Source of the DNA: a virus
Taxonomy: Duplodnaviria > Caudoviricetes
Length of the DNA stretch: 38,277 bases
IMG/VR virus record: IMGVR_UViG_3300048574_000430
Location: 1-38,277 of that record
Strand: one strand, 5' to 3'
In this document: in pieces, positions 8,065-16,865 of the stretch
Numbering within the stretch: position 1 is the stretch's first letter
Layout of the letters: each line of letters opens with the position of its first letter
Program-made: the position numbers and the translations under genes
The notes under the pieces: model-generated
The model's database searches: none
The model's input: the letters and a program-made list of their open reading frames with translations, nothing else
Told to the model about the DNA's origin: nothing

Positions 8065-10321
8065 CGCCGACTTTACCGGCAACCCAGGCAATTGTTCCTA
8101 TCCGCATAAGACCGAGGTCACCGATGCACCTAGTCTCCAGTCCGCAGTTTCGCACGATTATGTGTGTGCCGAATACAAAAACAGCTATCGCAACGGGGAG
8201 AACTTCCTTGGTGCGGACTGTCTTCCCGTCGACTGCGACAACGACCACTCTGAAGACCCCGCGGATTGGGTGGCTCCGGGAGATGTCATGGAGGCATTTC
8301 CGGGCGTTGCTTTCGCAGTTCATTACAGCCGCTCCAATATGAAGGAGAAAAACGGAAAACCCGCCCGCCCCAAGTTTCATGTACTGTTTCCCATTGACCG
8401 AATGACAGACGCTGTTTGCTACAGTGATATGAAAAAGCTGGTCAACATCATTTTTCCGTATTTCGACACACAGGCGCTGGATGCCGCCCGGTTCTTCTTC
8501 GGTACAAACTCACCGGAGGTGGAGCTTTACCCCGGCGGCATAAACCTCACGGCGTTTCTGGCGGAGGATGATTTTGACGCAGGCATGGTGGATGGAGGTC
8601 ATGCTGGTCAGATCATTCCCGAAGGCAGCCGCAACGCCACCTTGTCCCGTTTCGCCGGCCGCGTCATCAAGAAATACGGCGACAGCGACGCGGCTTATCA
8701 GTGCTTTTTGGATGAGACAGCAAAATGCTCGCCGTTGCTGGAAGAACAGGAGCTGATGACCATTTGGCACAGCGCGCAAAAATTCTACGCCCGCCTTTCG
8801 CGGCAGAATGGCTATGTGCCGCCGGAGGTCTATAACGATCCCGCCTCCTATAAGCCGGGCGATTATTCTGACGTCGGGCAGGCCGAGGTGCTGGCTAAGC
8901 ACTTCGCCGGTGAACTACGGTATTCGCCTTCCACGCATTTCATCCGTTACAGCGAGCATTACTGGCAGGAAAGCGAACCAGGCGCACAGGCGGTTGCACA
9001 CGAGCTGACCCGCCGCCAGCTGGAAGAAGCTACGAAGGATTTGCTGGACGCCATGCGTAAACTGAAGGACAACGGCGCGCAGGATATTCTGGATAACACA
9101 TCCAAGGCAAAAGCCGAATCGCTGATGAGCGACAGTCAGATGGAAGCATACCGGGAGTTTCTCGCCGCCAAGGCGTATCAGTCCTTTGCCATTCGCCGCC
9201 GCGATTCCAAAAATATTACAGCGACTCTGAAAGAGTCCCATCCCATGCTGGAAATTTCACCGCGCGATCTGGACGCAGACTGCTTTGCCCTGTGTACGCC
9301 GAGTGCCACTTACGATCTCCGCAAAGGCATGTCCGGTGCCAGAGAACATTCGCCGGAAGACTTCATTACCAAAATCACCTCCGTGTCGCCCAGTGGCAAA
9401 GGCGAGCAGCTGTGGCTGGACAGCCTCAACCTCATCTTCTGCGAAAACCAGGACCTGATCGATTATGTGCAGATGATCTGCGGCCTCGCGTCCATCGGCA
9501 AAGTATATGTGGAGGCGCTGATCATCGCATACGGCGAAGGCAGTAACGGCAAGTCCACCTTTTGGAACGCCGTTTCCCGTGTGCTCGGTCTTTACAGCGG
9601 CAACATCTCCGCCGATACGCTGACGGTCGGCTGCCGACGCAATATTAAGCCCGAAATGGCCGAAGTTAAAGGGAAACGTCTGCTCATTGCCGCCGAAATG
9701 CAGGAAGGCGCCCGGCTCAACGATTCCACGGTAAAGCAGCTTTGTTCAACTGACGATGTCTTCGCGGAGAAAAAGTATAAGGACCCGTTCAGCTTCAAGC
9801 CCTGCCACACGCTGGTGCTCTATACCAACCATCTGCCGAAGGTCAGCGCCTCCGACGACGGTATCTGGCGCAGGCTGATTGTGATTCCGTTTGGCGCTAA
9901 AATCAAGGGCACGAGCGATATCAAAAATTATGGAGAGTATCTGTATGCCAACGCCGGCGAGAGCATTCTCGCGTGGATCATCGAAGGTGCCAGAAAGGTC
10001 ATTGAGCTGAACTATCAGATTCCAGTTCCGATTTGCGTACAAACGGCTATCGAGGAGTATCGGAGCCAGAACGACTGGTTTGGGCATTTTCTTGAGGACA
10101 AATGCGAGATTGGCGCCAGTTTTCGTGAGAGCTCCAGCGCCTTATATCAGTCGTACCGTAATTATTGCATTGATACCAACGAATATGTCCGCAGTACGGC
10201 CGACTTCTACTTTGCCATGGAGAATGCCGGATATGAGCGTATCAAAGTTAAAAACAAGCGTTTCTTCAAGGGACTGCGTCTGAAAACCGACGATGGAGAT
10301 TTTGAGGATTTTCTGGGGTAA
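8048..10321 (+). CDS. P4-family phage primase/helicase (primase, PriCT and D5-like SF3 helicase)
   Basis: DCDND and KFHV primase motifs; IPEGSRNATL; Walker A GEGSNGKST; SD GAGGAGG before ATG at 8048. Confidence 0.92.
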   Translation: MFTLYSADFTGNPGNCSYPHKTEVTDAPSLQSAVSHDYVCAEYKNSYRNGENFLGADCLPVDCDNDHSEDPADWVAPGDVMEAFPGVAFAVHYSRSNMKEKNGKPARPKFHVLFPIDRMTDAVCYSDMKKLVNIIFPYFDTQALDAARFFFGTNSPEVELYPGGINLTAFLAEDDFDAGMVDGGHAGQIIPEGSRNATLSRFAGRVIKKYGDSDAAYQCFLDETAKCSPLLEEQELMTIWHSAQKFYARLSRQNGYVPPEVYNDPASYKPGDYSDVGQAEVLAKHFAGELRYSPSTHFIRYSEHYWQESEPGAQAVAHELTRRQLEEATKDLLDAMRKLKDNGAQDILDNTSKAKAESLMSDSQMEAYREFLAAKAYQSFAIRRRDSKNITATLKESHPMLEISPRDLDADCFALCTPSATYDLRKGMSGAREHSPEDFITKITSVSPSGKGEQLWLDSLNLIFCENQDLIDYVQMICGLASIGKVYVEALIIAYGEGSNGKSTFWNAVSRVLGLYSGNISADTLTVGCRRNIKPEMAEVKGKRLLIAAEMQEGARLNDSTVKQLCSTDDVFAEKKYKDPFSFKPCHTLVLYTNHLPKVSASDDGIWRRLIVIPFGAKIKGTSDIKNYGEYLYANAGESILAWIIEGARKVIELNYQIPVPICVQTAIEEYRSQNDWFGHFLEDKCEIGASFRESSSALYQSYRNYCIDTNEYVRSTADFYFAMENAGYERIKVKNKRFFKGLRLKTDDGDFEDFLG

Positions 10322-10332
10322 AAGCCATATGG

Positions 10333-10428
10333 GGTAACCTCGATAAAAGTCATTTACAGAAACTTCTCTAAGACAGTAAAAAAACAATATAAGAAAAGTT
10401 TTAGAAACGACCCGCGTCGAGGTTAACC
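10333..10428. repeat. Long imperfect AT-rich inverted repeat, candidate replication origin
   Basis: Outer arms GGTAACCTCGA and TCGAGGTTAACC; inner arms GTCATTTACAGAAACTTCTCTA and TAAGAAAAGTTTTAGAAACGAC around an A-rich centre. Confidence 0.55.
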
Positions 10429-10457
10429 AGCTTATAAAAATCGACAGGAGAAAGCCA

Positions 10458-10739
10458 GTGAGAGAAAAAGTAACCGAGCAAAAATTAACGCGGATGGTCA
10501 AGGCGGCGGGCGGCATCGCGCTTAAGTTCGTATCTCCCGGATTTGATGGGATGCCGGATCGTCTGGTTCTTCTACCGGGAGGTCACATCGCTTTCGTGGA
10601 AGTAAAGGCTCTGGGAGAAAAGCCACGGCCACTGCAGCTGGCAAGGCACAAGCTGCTGCGGTGTCTCGGCTTTCGGGTATTCATACTGGATGACGCGGAG
10701 CGGATTAGAGGGATGATTGATGAAATACGAAGCGCATGA
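10458..10739 (+). CDS. VRR-NUC domain nuclease
   Basis: GMPDRLVLLPGGHIAFVEVKA...RPLQ (PD-(D/E)XK). Confidence 0.9.
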   Translation: MREKVTEQKLTRMVKAAGGIALKFVSPGFDGMPDRLVLLPGGHIAFVEVKALGEKPRPLQLARHKLLRCLGFRVFILDDAERIRGMIDEIRSA

Positions 10740-12078
10740 TTATCAGACCTATGCCACGGAATACATCGAAACCCATCCCATCGCCGCCGTCCTGCTTGAC
10801 ATGGGTCTCGGAAAAACGAGCATTACGCTGACGGCCATCAACGACCTGCTGTTCGACAGCTTCGAAGTCCACCGTGTTCTGGTAATCGCCCCGCTGCGTG
10901 TGGCGAGAGATACCTGGGCGGCTGAGATCGAAAAATGGGAGCATCTTAACAGTCTCATTTACTCCGTAGCGGTCGGTACGGAAGCGGAGCGAAAAGTGGC
11001 GCTGCGGAAACAGGCCGATGTCTATATCATCAACCGTGAAAATGTTCAGTGGCTTGCGGAAGAGAGCGGATTTTCCTTCGATTTTGACATGGTCGTGATC
11101 GACGAGCTGTCTTCCTTCAAAAACCACCAGACGAAACGCTTCCGTTCCCTTATGAAACTTCGGCCCCGCGTCCGCCGCATCGTCGGGCTGACTGGAACGC
11201 CGAGCAGCAACGGTCTGATGGATTTATGGGCCGAGTTCCGGCTTTTGGATATGGGCGAGCGCCTCGGCAGGTTTATCGGGCAATACCGATCCGATTATTT
11301 TATCCCCGACAAGCGCAACGGTCAGGTCGTATTCAGCTACAAGCCGCTGCCTGGAGCGGAAAACGCCATATACAACCGCATTTCTGACATAACCATCTCC
11401 ATGAAGTCCACCGATCACTTAAAAATGCCGGAGCTCGTCAGCGGTGAATATACCGTGACCTTATCGGACGACGAACGTGAGCGGTATGATGAATTAAAAT
11501 ATGACCTTGTGCTTCAGCTGCCGGATGGCGATATTACTGCCTCCAACGCCGCCTCGCTATCGAACAAACTCGCCCAGATGGCGAATGGAGCGATCTATAC
11601 CGACACTGGGGAGATAATTCCGATTCACGACCGCAAACTGGACGCCCTGGAAGATTTAATCGAAGCGGCGAACGGAAAGCCTCTGCTGGTCGCCTACTGG
11701 TTCAAGCATGATTATGAAAGGATCGCCGCGCGACTTCGCAAGTTGCATATTCCGTTCTCCAAGCTGGACACAGCCGACAGCATCCGAAGCTGGAACAGCG
11801 GCGAACTGCCGGTGGCGGTCATCCATCCCGCTTCTGCCGGACACGGGCTGAACCTCCAGAGCGGCGGTTCCTCTCTCATATGGTTCGGGCTGACCTGGTC
11901 ACTGGAATTATATCAGCAGACCAACGCCCGCCTGTGGAGACAGGGGCAGACCGCCGACACTGTGGTGATCCAGCATATTGTAACAAAAGGCACTATCGAC
12001 AGCCGCGTTCTGAAAGCCTTGTCTACGAAAGACAGTACCCAGTCGGCGCTGATTGAGGCCGTGAAAGCAAATCTATGA
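10720..12078 (+). CDS. SNF2-like DEAD/DEAH helicase
   Basis: DMGLGKT, VIDELS, LTGTP, GHGLNLQ and QTNARLWRQGQ motifs. Confidence 0.92.
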   Translation: MKYEAHDYQTYATEYIETHPIAAVLLDMGLGKTSITLTAINDLLFDSFEVHRVLVIAPLRVARDTWAAEIEKWEHLNSLIYSVAVGTEAERKVALRKQADVYIINRENVQWLAEESGFSFDFDMVVIDELSSFKNHQTKRFRSLMKLRPRVRRIVGLTGTPSSNGLMDLWAEFRLLDMGERLGRFIGQYRSDYFIPDKRNGQVVFSYKPLPGAENAIYNRISDITISMKSTDHLKMPELVSGEYTVTLSDDERERYDELKYDLVLQLPDGDITASNAASLSNKLAQMANGAIYTDTGEIIPIHDRKLDALEDLIEAANGKPLLVAYWFKHDYERIAARLRKLHIPFSKLDTADSIRSWNSGELPVAVIHPASAGHGLNLQSGGSSLIWFGLTWSLELYQQTNARLWRQGQTADTVVIQHIVTKGTIDSRVLKALSTKDSTQSALIEAVKANL

Positions 12079-12123
12079 CAATCCGTGCCAATCCGAGTGA
12101 ATTTTATTATTCGGAGGTACGCC

Positions 12124-12561
12124 ATGAGCACAACAGCAGTGAAGAAATATCTGTCGCAGGCACGATACCTTGATATGCGGATTGCTTCCAAAATCCAGCA
12201 GATAACCTCCCTCAATGACTTGGCTACAAAATGCACGGCAACGCTGACTGGGATGCCGAGGACCCCCAGTCACGGTACATCCACAATGGCCGACGCCATT
12301 GTAAAGATCGTGGATTTACAGACGGAGCTAAACGGCGACATTGATGCGCTTGTGGATTTGAAGAAGGAAATCACGGGCGCCATCAAGTCCGTTTCCAATC
12401 CAGAGTATCAAACCATTCTTGAAAAGCGCTATTTGTGTTTTCTATCCTGGGAGCAGATCTCGGTGGATATGAACTACAGTATGCAATACACCTTCCGTAT
12501 GCATGACCGCGCCTTGGCAGAAGCTGACGCTTCTTTGAAAGTGGAGAGTCAAGTTGATTGA
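12124..12561 (+). CDS. Late transcriptional regulator (DUF1492/ArpU/RinA-like)
   Basis: C-terminal HTH ILEKRYLCFLSWEQISVDMNYSMQYTFRMHDRAL; last gene before packaging; SD GGAGGT. Confidence 0.8.
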   Translation: MSTTAVKKYLSQARYLDMRIASKIQQITSLNDLATKCTATLTGMPRTPSHGTSTMADAIVKIVDLQTELNGDIDALVDLKKEITGAIKSVSNPEYQTILEKRYLCFLSWEQISVDMNYSMQYTFRMHDRALAEADASLKVESQVD

Positions 12562-12593
12562 ATAAGAGTCGGTCCACATGATATCCTTATAAT
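12558..12593 (+). promoter_or_regulatory. Putative late promoter
   Basis: TTGAAT-N18-TATCCT with TGn extension and an adjacent TATAAT at 12588; AGAGTC repeated 20 bp apart at 12545 and 12565. Confidence 0.55.
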
Positions 12594-12609
12594 GCGGAAA
12601 CTGAATGCA

Positions 12610-12650
12610 GAGAGCCTTCGTGGGAGCAATCCTGCGAGGGCTTTTCTTAT
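12610..12650 (+). terminator. Terminator-like hairpin just downstream of the late promoter
   Basis: AGAGCCTTCGTGGGA-GCAA-TCCTGCGAGGGCTTTT followed by CTTAT. Confidence 0.65.
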
Positions 12651-12652
12651 GC

Positions 12653-12680
12653 AAAAAAAGAGCCGTCGTTAAGCGGCTCT
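12653..12680 (-). terminator. Intrinsic terminator of the reverse-strand moron
   Basis: Minus strand AGAGCCG/CGGCTCT stem followed by a T-run. Confidence 0.75.
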
Positions 12681-12687
12681 CTCTTCC

Positions 12688-12909
12688 TCATTTCTTGTCT
12701 TCAGATTTTATTGTAATGACAGGTAATGTGGTTTTGCCATTGGATGACAACTGCTGTTCACTAGCCTTTTTGATGAGAAACTTTACTGCGGCATCGATAT
12801 CTTTGTACTCCAGCTTTAGCGCCAACTTCCCATCAAAGAACAGATACAGCGCGCTGTCATCACCTTTGATCCCTACTTTTTTAATGTTGATTTCAAACCG
12901 TGTATCCAT
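12688..12909 (-). CDS. Reverse-oriented moron, hypothetical protein (73 aa)
   Basis: Perfect SD AAGGAGGTG before ATG at 12909 (MDTRFEINIKKVGIKGDDSALYLFFDGKLALKLEY); own terminator; AT-rich relative to flanks. Confidence 0.75.
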   Translation of the reverse strand: MDTRFEINIKKVGIKGDDSALYLFFDGKLALKLEYKDIDAAVKFLIKKASEQQLSSNGKTTLPVITIKSEDKK

Positions 12910-13040
12910 TGGTACACCTCCTTCATAATAGAGCATGTTTTTTTCGCGAGTCATTGCTCTTCATAAAAGCCCATGTAAATTTCGCGTGACCATCGCTCTT
13001 TATGACAGGAGTTATAAGTTTCGTAAAAAGAGGTGAATCC

Positions 13041-13406
13041 ATGCCATACAAACCAAAGCGTCCCTGCGCTTACCCCGGCTGCGGTCGGCTTGCCGTGCGC
13101 GAGCAATACTGTGCCGAGCATCAGAAGGTCATGGACAAACGCTACAACCAATATGAGCGCGACCCTGCTTCCAACAAACGATACGGTCGTTCGTGGAAGC
13201 GTATTCGTGACCGCTACATCAAGGCGCACCCGCTCTGTGAAGAATGCCAAAAGCAAGGCAAGCTGACACCTGCCGAGGAAGTTCACCACATTCTTCCGCT
13301 CTCAAAAGGCGGTGGCAGTAACGCGGAGAACCTCATGGCTCTTTGCAAAGCCTGTCATTCCCGTATCACAGCGGAGAGTGGCGACCGGTGGGGACAGGGA
13401 TATTGA
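13041..13406 (+). CDS. Terminase-associated HNH endonuclease
   Basis: CAYPGC...YCAEH, CEEC and VHHILP...N...NLMALCKACH; directly before the small terminase. Confidence 0.92.
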   Translation: MPYKPKRPCAYPGCGRLAVREQYCAEHQKVMDKRYNQYERDPASNKRYGRSWKRIRDRYIKAHPLCEECQKQGKLTPAEEVHHILPLSKGGGSNAENLMALCKACHSRITAESGDRWGQGY

Positions 13407-13447
13407 AAGAGGCATCGTTTACATTTTGGTACGATGCCTCTTTCAAT
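13402..13447. repeat. Perfect 17-bp inverted repeat (possible bidirectional terminator)
   Basis: ATTGAAAGAGGCATCGT-N12-ACGATGCCTCTTTCAAT. Confidence 0.7.
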
Positions 13448-13461
13448 CTGTTTTTCATAGT

Positions 13462-13560
13462 CACCCCCGGTGGGGGGATCAAAATCTCTAAAACCTTTTT
13501 AATCGGACAGCGGCGTGGGGCTTCGTGTTGAAAAACGCGGTTTCAAACGGGGTAATAACC
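13462..13560. other. Probable cos/packaging region
   Basis: Non-coding gap between HNH and small terminase with G/C runs (CCCCCGGTGGGGGG, CGGCGTGGGG). This position is usual for cos in HNH-type cos phages; cut site not determined. Confidence 0.5.
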
Positions 13561-13586
13561 CCCTCCGCGAATGTGAGGTGAACAAT

Positions 13587-14138
13587 TTGGCAAAGGACGG
13601 CACAAACCGTGGCGGCGCCCGTGCCGGCGCAGGTGCGAAAAAGAAACCGCTTGCCGATAAAATCGCCGAGGGCAATCCCGGCGGCAGAAAGCTGACCGTT
13701 ATGGAATTTTCGGATACAGCGAATTTGCAGGGGCAGGCGATGCCGGAGCCTAACAAAATGCTCGAAGCCACTCAGAAGGACGGAAAGACGCTCGTTGCAA
13801 GCGAAATTTATAAATCCACCTGGCAATGGCTGAATGAGCGCGGCTGTGCCACTCTCGTATCCCCGCAGCTTCTGGAACGTTACGCCATGAGCGTGGCGCG
13901 CTGGATTCAATGCGAGGAAGCGGTTACCGAATACGGCTTTCTGGCGAAGCATCCCACCACGGGCAACGCGATTCAAAGCCCGTATGTTGCAATGGGTCAG
14001 AACTACATGAACCAGACCAACCGCCTGTGGTATGAAATTTTTCAGATCGTCAAGGAAAACTGCACCGGCGAGTACAGCGGCGCGAATCCACAGGACGATG
14101 TGATGGAGCGGCTGCTCTCGGCGAGGCGAGGAAAATAA
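13587..14138 (+). CDS. terS: Terminase small subunit (P27 family)
   Basis: SD GAGGTG then TTG at 13587 (MAKDGTNRGGARAGAGAKKK...GNPGGRKL); LERYA, SPYVAM and DDVMERLL motifs. Confidence 0.88.
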   Translation: MAKDGTNRGGARAGAGAKKKPLADKIAEGNPGGRKLTVMEFSDTANLQGQAMPEPNKMLEATQKDGKTLVASEIYKSTWQWLNERGCATLVSPQLLERYAMSVARWIQCEEAVTEYGFLAKHPTTGNAIQSPYVAMGQNYMNQTNRLWYEIFQIVKENCTGEYSGANPQDDVMERLLSARRGK

Positions 14139-14162
14139 CATACACAGATTGGAGATAACCAT

Positions 14163-15395
14163 ATGCAGATAGAAAAGTTGAAAACCGAACATCTTATCCC
14201 GGCAGACTACAATCCCCGCAAAGACCTCAAATCCGGCGATCCCGAATATGAAAAGCTGAAACGCTCCATTGAGCGGTTCGGTTATGTCGAGCCTGTTATT
14301 TGGAACAAAACCACCGGTCGGGTCGTCGGCGGGCACCAGCGTTTGAAGGTTCTGCTCGATATGGGTATCACCGAAGTCGAGTGCGTGGTGATCGAGATGG
14401 ATGAGGAAAAAGAAAAAGCCCTCAATATCGCGCTCAATAAAATCAGTGGCGACTGGGATAAAGACAAGCTGGCTCTGCTCATCGCCGACCTGCAAGGCGC
14501 GGACTTTGACGTGTCGCTCACGGGTTTTGAGCCTGCGGAGCTTGATACGCTTTTTAAGGATTCGCTCAAGGATGGTATCCATGACGACGATTTTGATGTG
14601 GACGCGGAGCTTCAAAAGCCCGCCGTTACAAAACCCGGCGACGTCTGGACGCTCGGCCGGCATCGGTTGGTCTGCGGTGATTCCACCAAGGCCGACACCT
14701 TTACCGCTCTGATGGACGGCAAGCTCGCAAATCTGGTGGTGACCGACCCGCCGTATAACGTCAATTATGAAGGAACAGCGGGCAAAATCAAAAACGACAA
14801 TATGGGAAATGAAGCGTTCTACGATTTCCTGCTTGCGGCGTTTACGAACACCGAAGCGGCAATGGCTCAGGACGCTTCCATTTATGTATTCCATGCCGAT
14901 ACCGAGGGACTGAACTTCCGCAAAGCTTTCTCGGACGCTGGCTTTCAACTTTCCGGGTGCTGCATCTGGAAAAAGCCGTCTCTGGTGCTGGGGCGCTCGC
15001 CTTACCAATGGCAGCATGAACCTGTCCTCTTCGGCTGGAAAAAGAAAGGCAAGCACAACTGGTATGCAGACCGCAAGCAAACCACCATTTGGGAGTTTGA
15101 AAAGCCGAAGAAAAATGCCGACCATCCCACGATGAAGCCGATTGCGCTGCTGGCATATCCCATTATGAACAGCAGCCTCACAAACTGCATCGTGCTCGAC
15201 CCTTTCGGCGGCAGCGGTTCTACGCTCATCGCCTGCGAGCAGTCCGACAGAATTTGCTTCACCATAGAGCTTGACGAGAAATACTGCGACGTCATTGTAA
15301 AACGGTACATTGAACAGGCTGGAAATGCGGACGGCGTTTCTGTGATGCGCGACGGTGTCTCAATCAAATATGCGGAGTTGGCTGTCAATGAATAA
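14163..15395 (+). CDS. ParB-like N-terminal domain fused to an N6A/N4C DNA methyltransferase
   Basis: YNPR...GGHQRL (ParB/Srx-like); DPPY, HPTMKP and DPFGGSGST motifs in beta-class order. Confidence 0.92.
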   Translation: MQIEKLKTEHLIPADYNPRKDLKSGDPEYEKLKRSIERFGYVEPVIWNKTTGRVVGGHQRLKVLLDMGITEVECVVIEMDEEKEKALNIALNKISGDWDKDKLALLIADLQGADFDVSLTGFEPAELDTLFKDSLKDGIHDDDFDVDAELQKPAVTKPGDVWTLGRHRLVCGDSTKADTFTALMDGKLANLVVTDPPYNVNYEGTAGKIKNDNMGNEAFYDFLLAAFTNTEAAMAQDASIYVFHADTEGLNFRKAFSDAGFQLSGCCIWKKPSLVLGRSPYQWQHEPVLFGWKKKGKHNWYADRKQTTIWEFEKPKKNADHPTMKPIALLAYPIMNSSLTNCIVLDPFGGSGSTLIACEQSDRICFTIELDEKYCDVIVKRYIEQAGNADGVSVMRDGVSIKYAELAVNE

Positions 15396-15508
15396 ACTCT
15401 CTCTCGTCTATCTTTGCGGCTGCTTTGTGCTGTCCGGCATTGTGTCATGTACACAAGAAACCGCTGATAAATGACCGCTTTGTTCTACACGGAAAACGCT
15501 TGAAACAA

Positions 15509-15551
15509 CTTGATATATAAGCGGTTTAGAGTGATTAATGTAATACCGAAA
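15509..15551 (+). promoter_or_regulatory. SigmaA-like promoter family, copy A
   Basis: CTTGATATA-N10-AGAGT-N11-TACCGAAA; aligns without gaps to 16792-16834. Confidence 0.55.
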
Positions 15552-15562
15552 AGAAAGGCGGT

Positions 15563-16309
15563 TTGAAAATGGAACTCAAATACAATGTTACGGGCAGCGA
15601 ACGAAAATCACTGGTCAGTGCAATCAGCACAGTATTGGATGCCCCAACCAACTACCTCGGCGCTCCTACCTTCGCCTACGAGGTCGGCGGTTACCACATC
15701 GACAAAAACGGCACCGTCAGTTTCGACGACCTGATGAACAGCGACGAAATCGAACGGCTCATAGAGGCTCTTTGCGAGAAAGGCTTCGAGGCCGAAGTCC
15801 AGGAAGTCACGGACGGGCTTTGCATTGAGCTTCCGCTGAAGGACCTCAGCGAAACGGCGATCGAAAACCTCCGCAGGCTGACGGACAGCAAAGCGGCACT
15901 TATCAAAAAGGCTCTCGGCGCGGACAGGCTGGATATTGAGCTTACGGACGATACCATCCGTTTCCCATGGTTCGACCGTATACCGGAACCAGAGGTCATC
16001 AACGCGGCCGCTCATCTTATTGGCAAGCTGCTCGGCGCGGCAAAGGCACAAAAGCGTGTCACCGCAAAGGAAAAGGAAACCGACAACGAGAAGTACGCTT
16101 TCCGCTGTTTTCTCCTGCGGTTGGGCTTCATCGGAATGGAATACAAAGAGGAGCGTAAAATTCTGCTGAAAAACCTCTCCGGCAGCTCGGCTTTCAAGAC
16201 CGGGCAGAAAAAGGGCTTCTCACAGGACGACCTTGACAAAGCAAAAGCCGACCCCGCTGTACGCGCCGAAATCAAAGCCATTTTGGGAGGAAACGACGAT
16301 GAACAATAA
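15563..16309 (+). CDS. Conserved phage protein often annotated as virulence-related protein; function unknown
   Basis: YNVTGSERKSLV...YLGAPTFAYEVG and NEKYAFRCFLLRLGFIG motifs; start may be the ATG at 15569. Confidence 0.75.
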   Translation: MKMELKYNVTGSERKSLVSAISTVLDAPTNYLGAPTFAYEVGGYHIDKNGTVSFDDLMNSDEIERLIEALCEKGFEAEVQEVTDGLCIELPLKDLSETAIENLRRLTDSKAALIKKALGADRLDIELTDDTIRFPWFDRIPEPEVINAAAHLIGKLLGAAKAQKRVTAKEKETDNEKYAFRCFLLRLGFIGMEYKEERKILLKNLSGSSAFKTGQKKGFSQDDLDKAKADPAVRAEIKAILGGNDDEQ

Positions 16310-16544
16310 TTTTCCTTCAAGAGAAACCGTGGAACGTATCCGCAAACAATACCCGGTCGGATGCCGCGTCGAGCTACTCCGCATGGACGATGCCCAAGCA
16401 CCGCCAATCGGTACGAAAGGCACCGTGCGGTATGTGGACGACCTCGGCAGTCTGGGTGTCGCGTGGGACAACGGCAGTTCCCTCCAAGTGGTCTACAGCG
16501 AGGACTTGTGCAGAAAGTTGGAGGACGCAAGCGATGGACAGTAA
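16299..16544 (+). CDS. DUF4314-like protein
   Basis: YPVGCRVELLRMDD...PIGTKGTV..VDDLG...WDNGSSL; SD GGAGG. Confidence 0.8.
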   Translation: MNNNFPSRETVERIRKQYPVGCRVELLRMDDAQAPPIGTKGTVRYVDDLGSLGVAWDNGSSLQVVYSEDLCRKLEDASDGQ

Positions 16545-16710
16545 AGTGAAGGAGCAAATTCTCGCCATCCGCAAAACCGGTCTGACAAATATGTTCGATA
16601 CCCTCGCCGTTCAGCGCATAGCCCATGAAATGAACTTCTTCGAACTGGTGGTTTTCCTCGAGGAGCATAAGGACGAATACGCCCGTTTTATCCTCACAGG
16701 CGAAGAGTAA
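16534..16710 (+). CDS. DUF5049-like small protein (58 aa)
   Basis: KVKEQILAIRKTGLTNMFD...VQRIA...ELV...Y..FILTG; SD GGAGG. Confidence 0.75.
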   Translation: MDSKVKEQILAIRKTGLTNMFDTLAVQRIAHEMNFFELVVFLEEHKDEYARFILTGEE

Positions 16711-16791
16711 CGGCTGTAAACTACACAATTTCATGGGCTGTATTCGCCCGAAAGATCGTGCAGAATATGTCCGAGTCAATCGCGTAATTGC

Positions 16792-16834
16792 CTGGATATA
16801 GTGTGCTTTCAGAGTTAATATGTGACTACCGAAA
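16792..16834 (+). promoter_or_regulatory. SigmaA-like promoter family, copy B
   Basis: TGGATA-N17-TAATAT with TTCAGAGT in the spacer. Confidence 0.55.
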
Positions 16835-16865
16835 GGGAAAACCACAACAAACGGAGGAAAAGAAA

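Noticed and set aside
13488-15125. 545-aa minus-strand ORF (likewise 2847-4001, 21296-22084, 27165-28034, 33165-33923)
   Set aside because: Antisense to well-supported genes, with no recognisable motifs. Long antisense frames are expected from codon bias in GC-rich coding DNA.
15563-16309. Calling this gene a virulence factor
   Set aside because: The label is an inherited annotation; nothing in the sequence indicates secretion or toxin activity.
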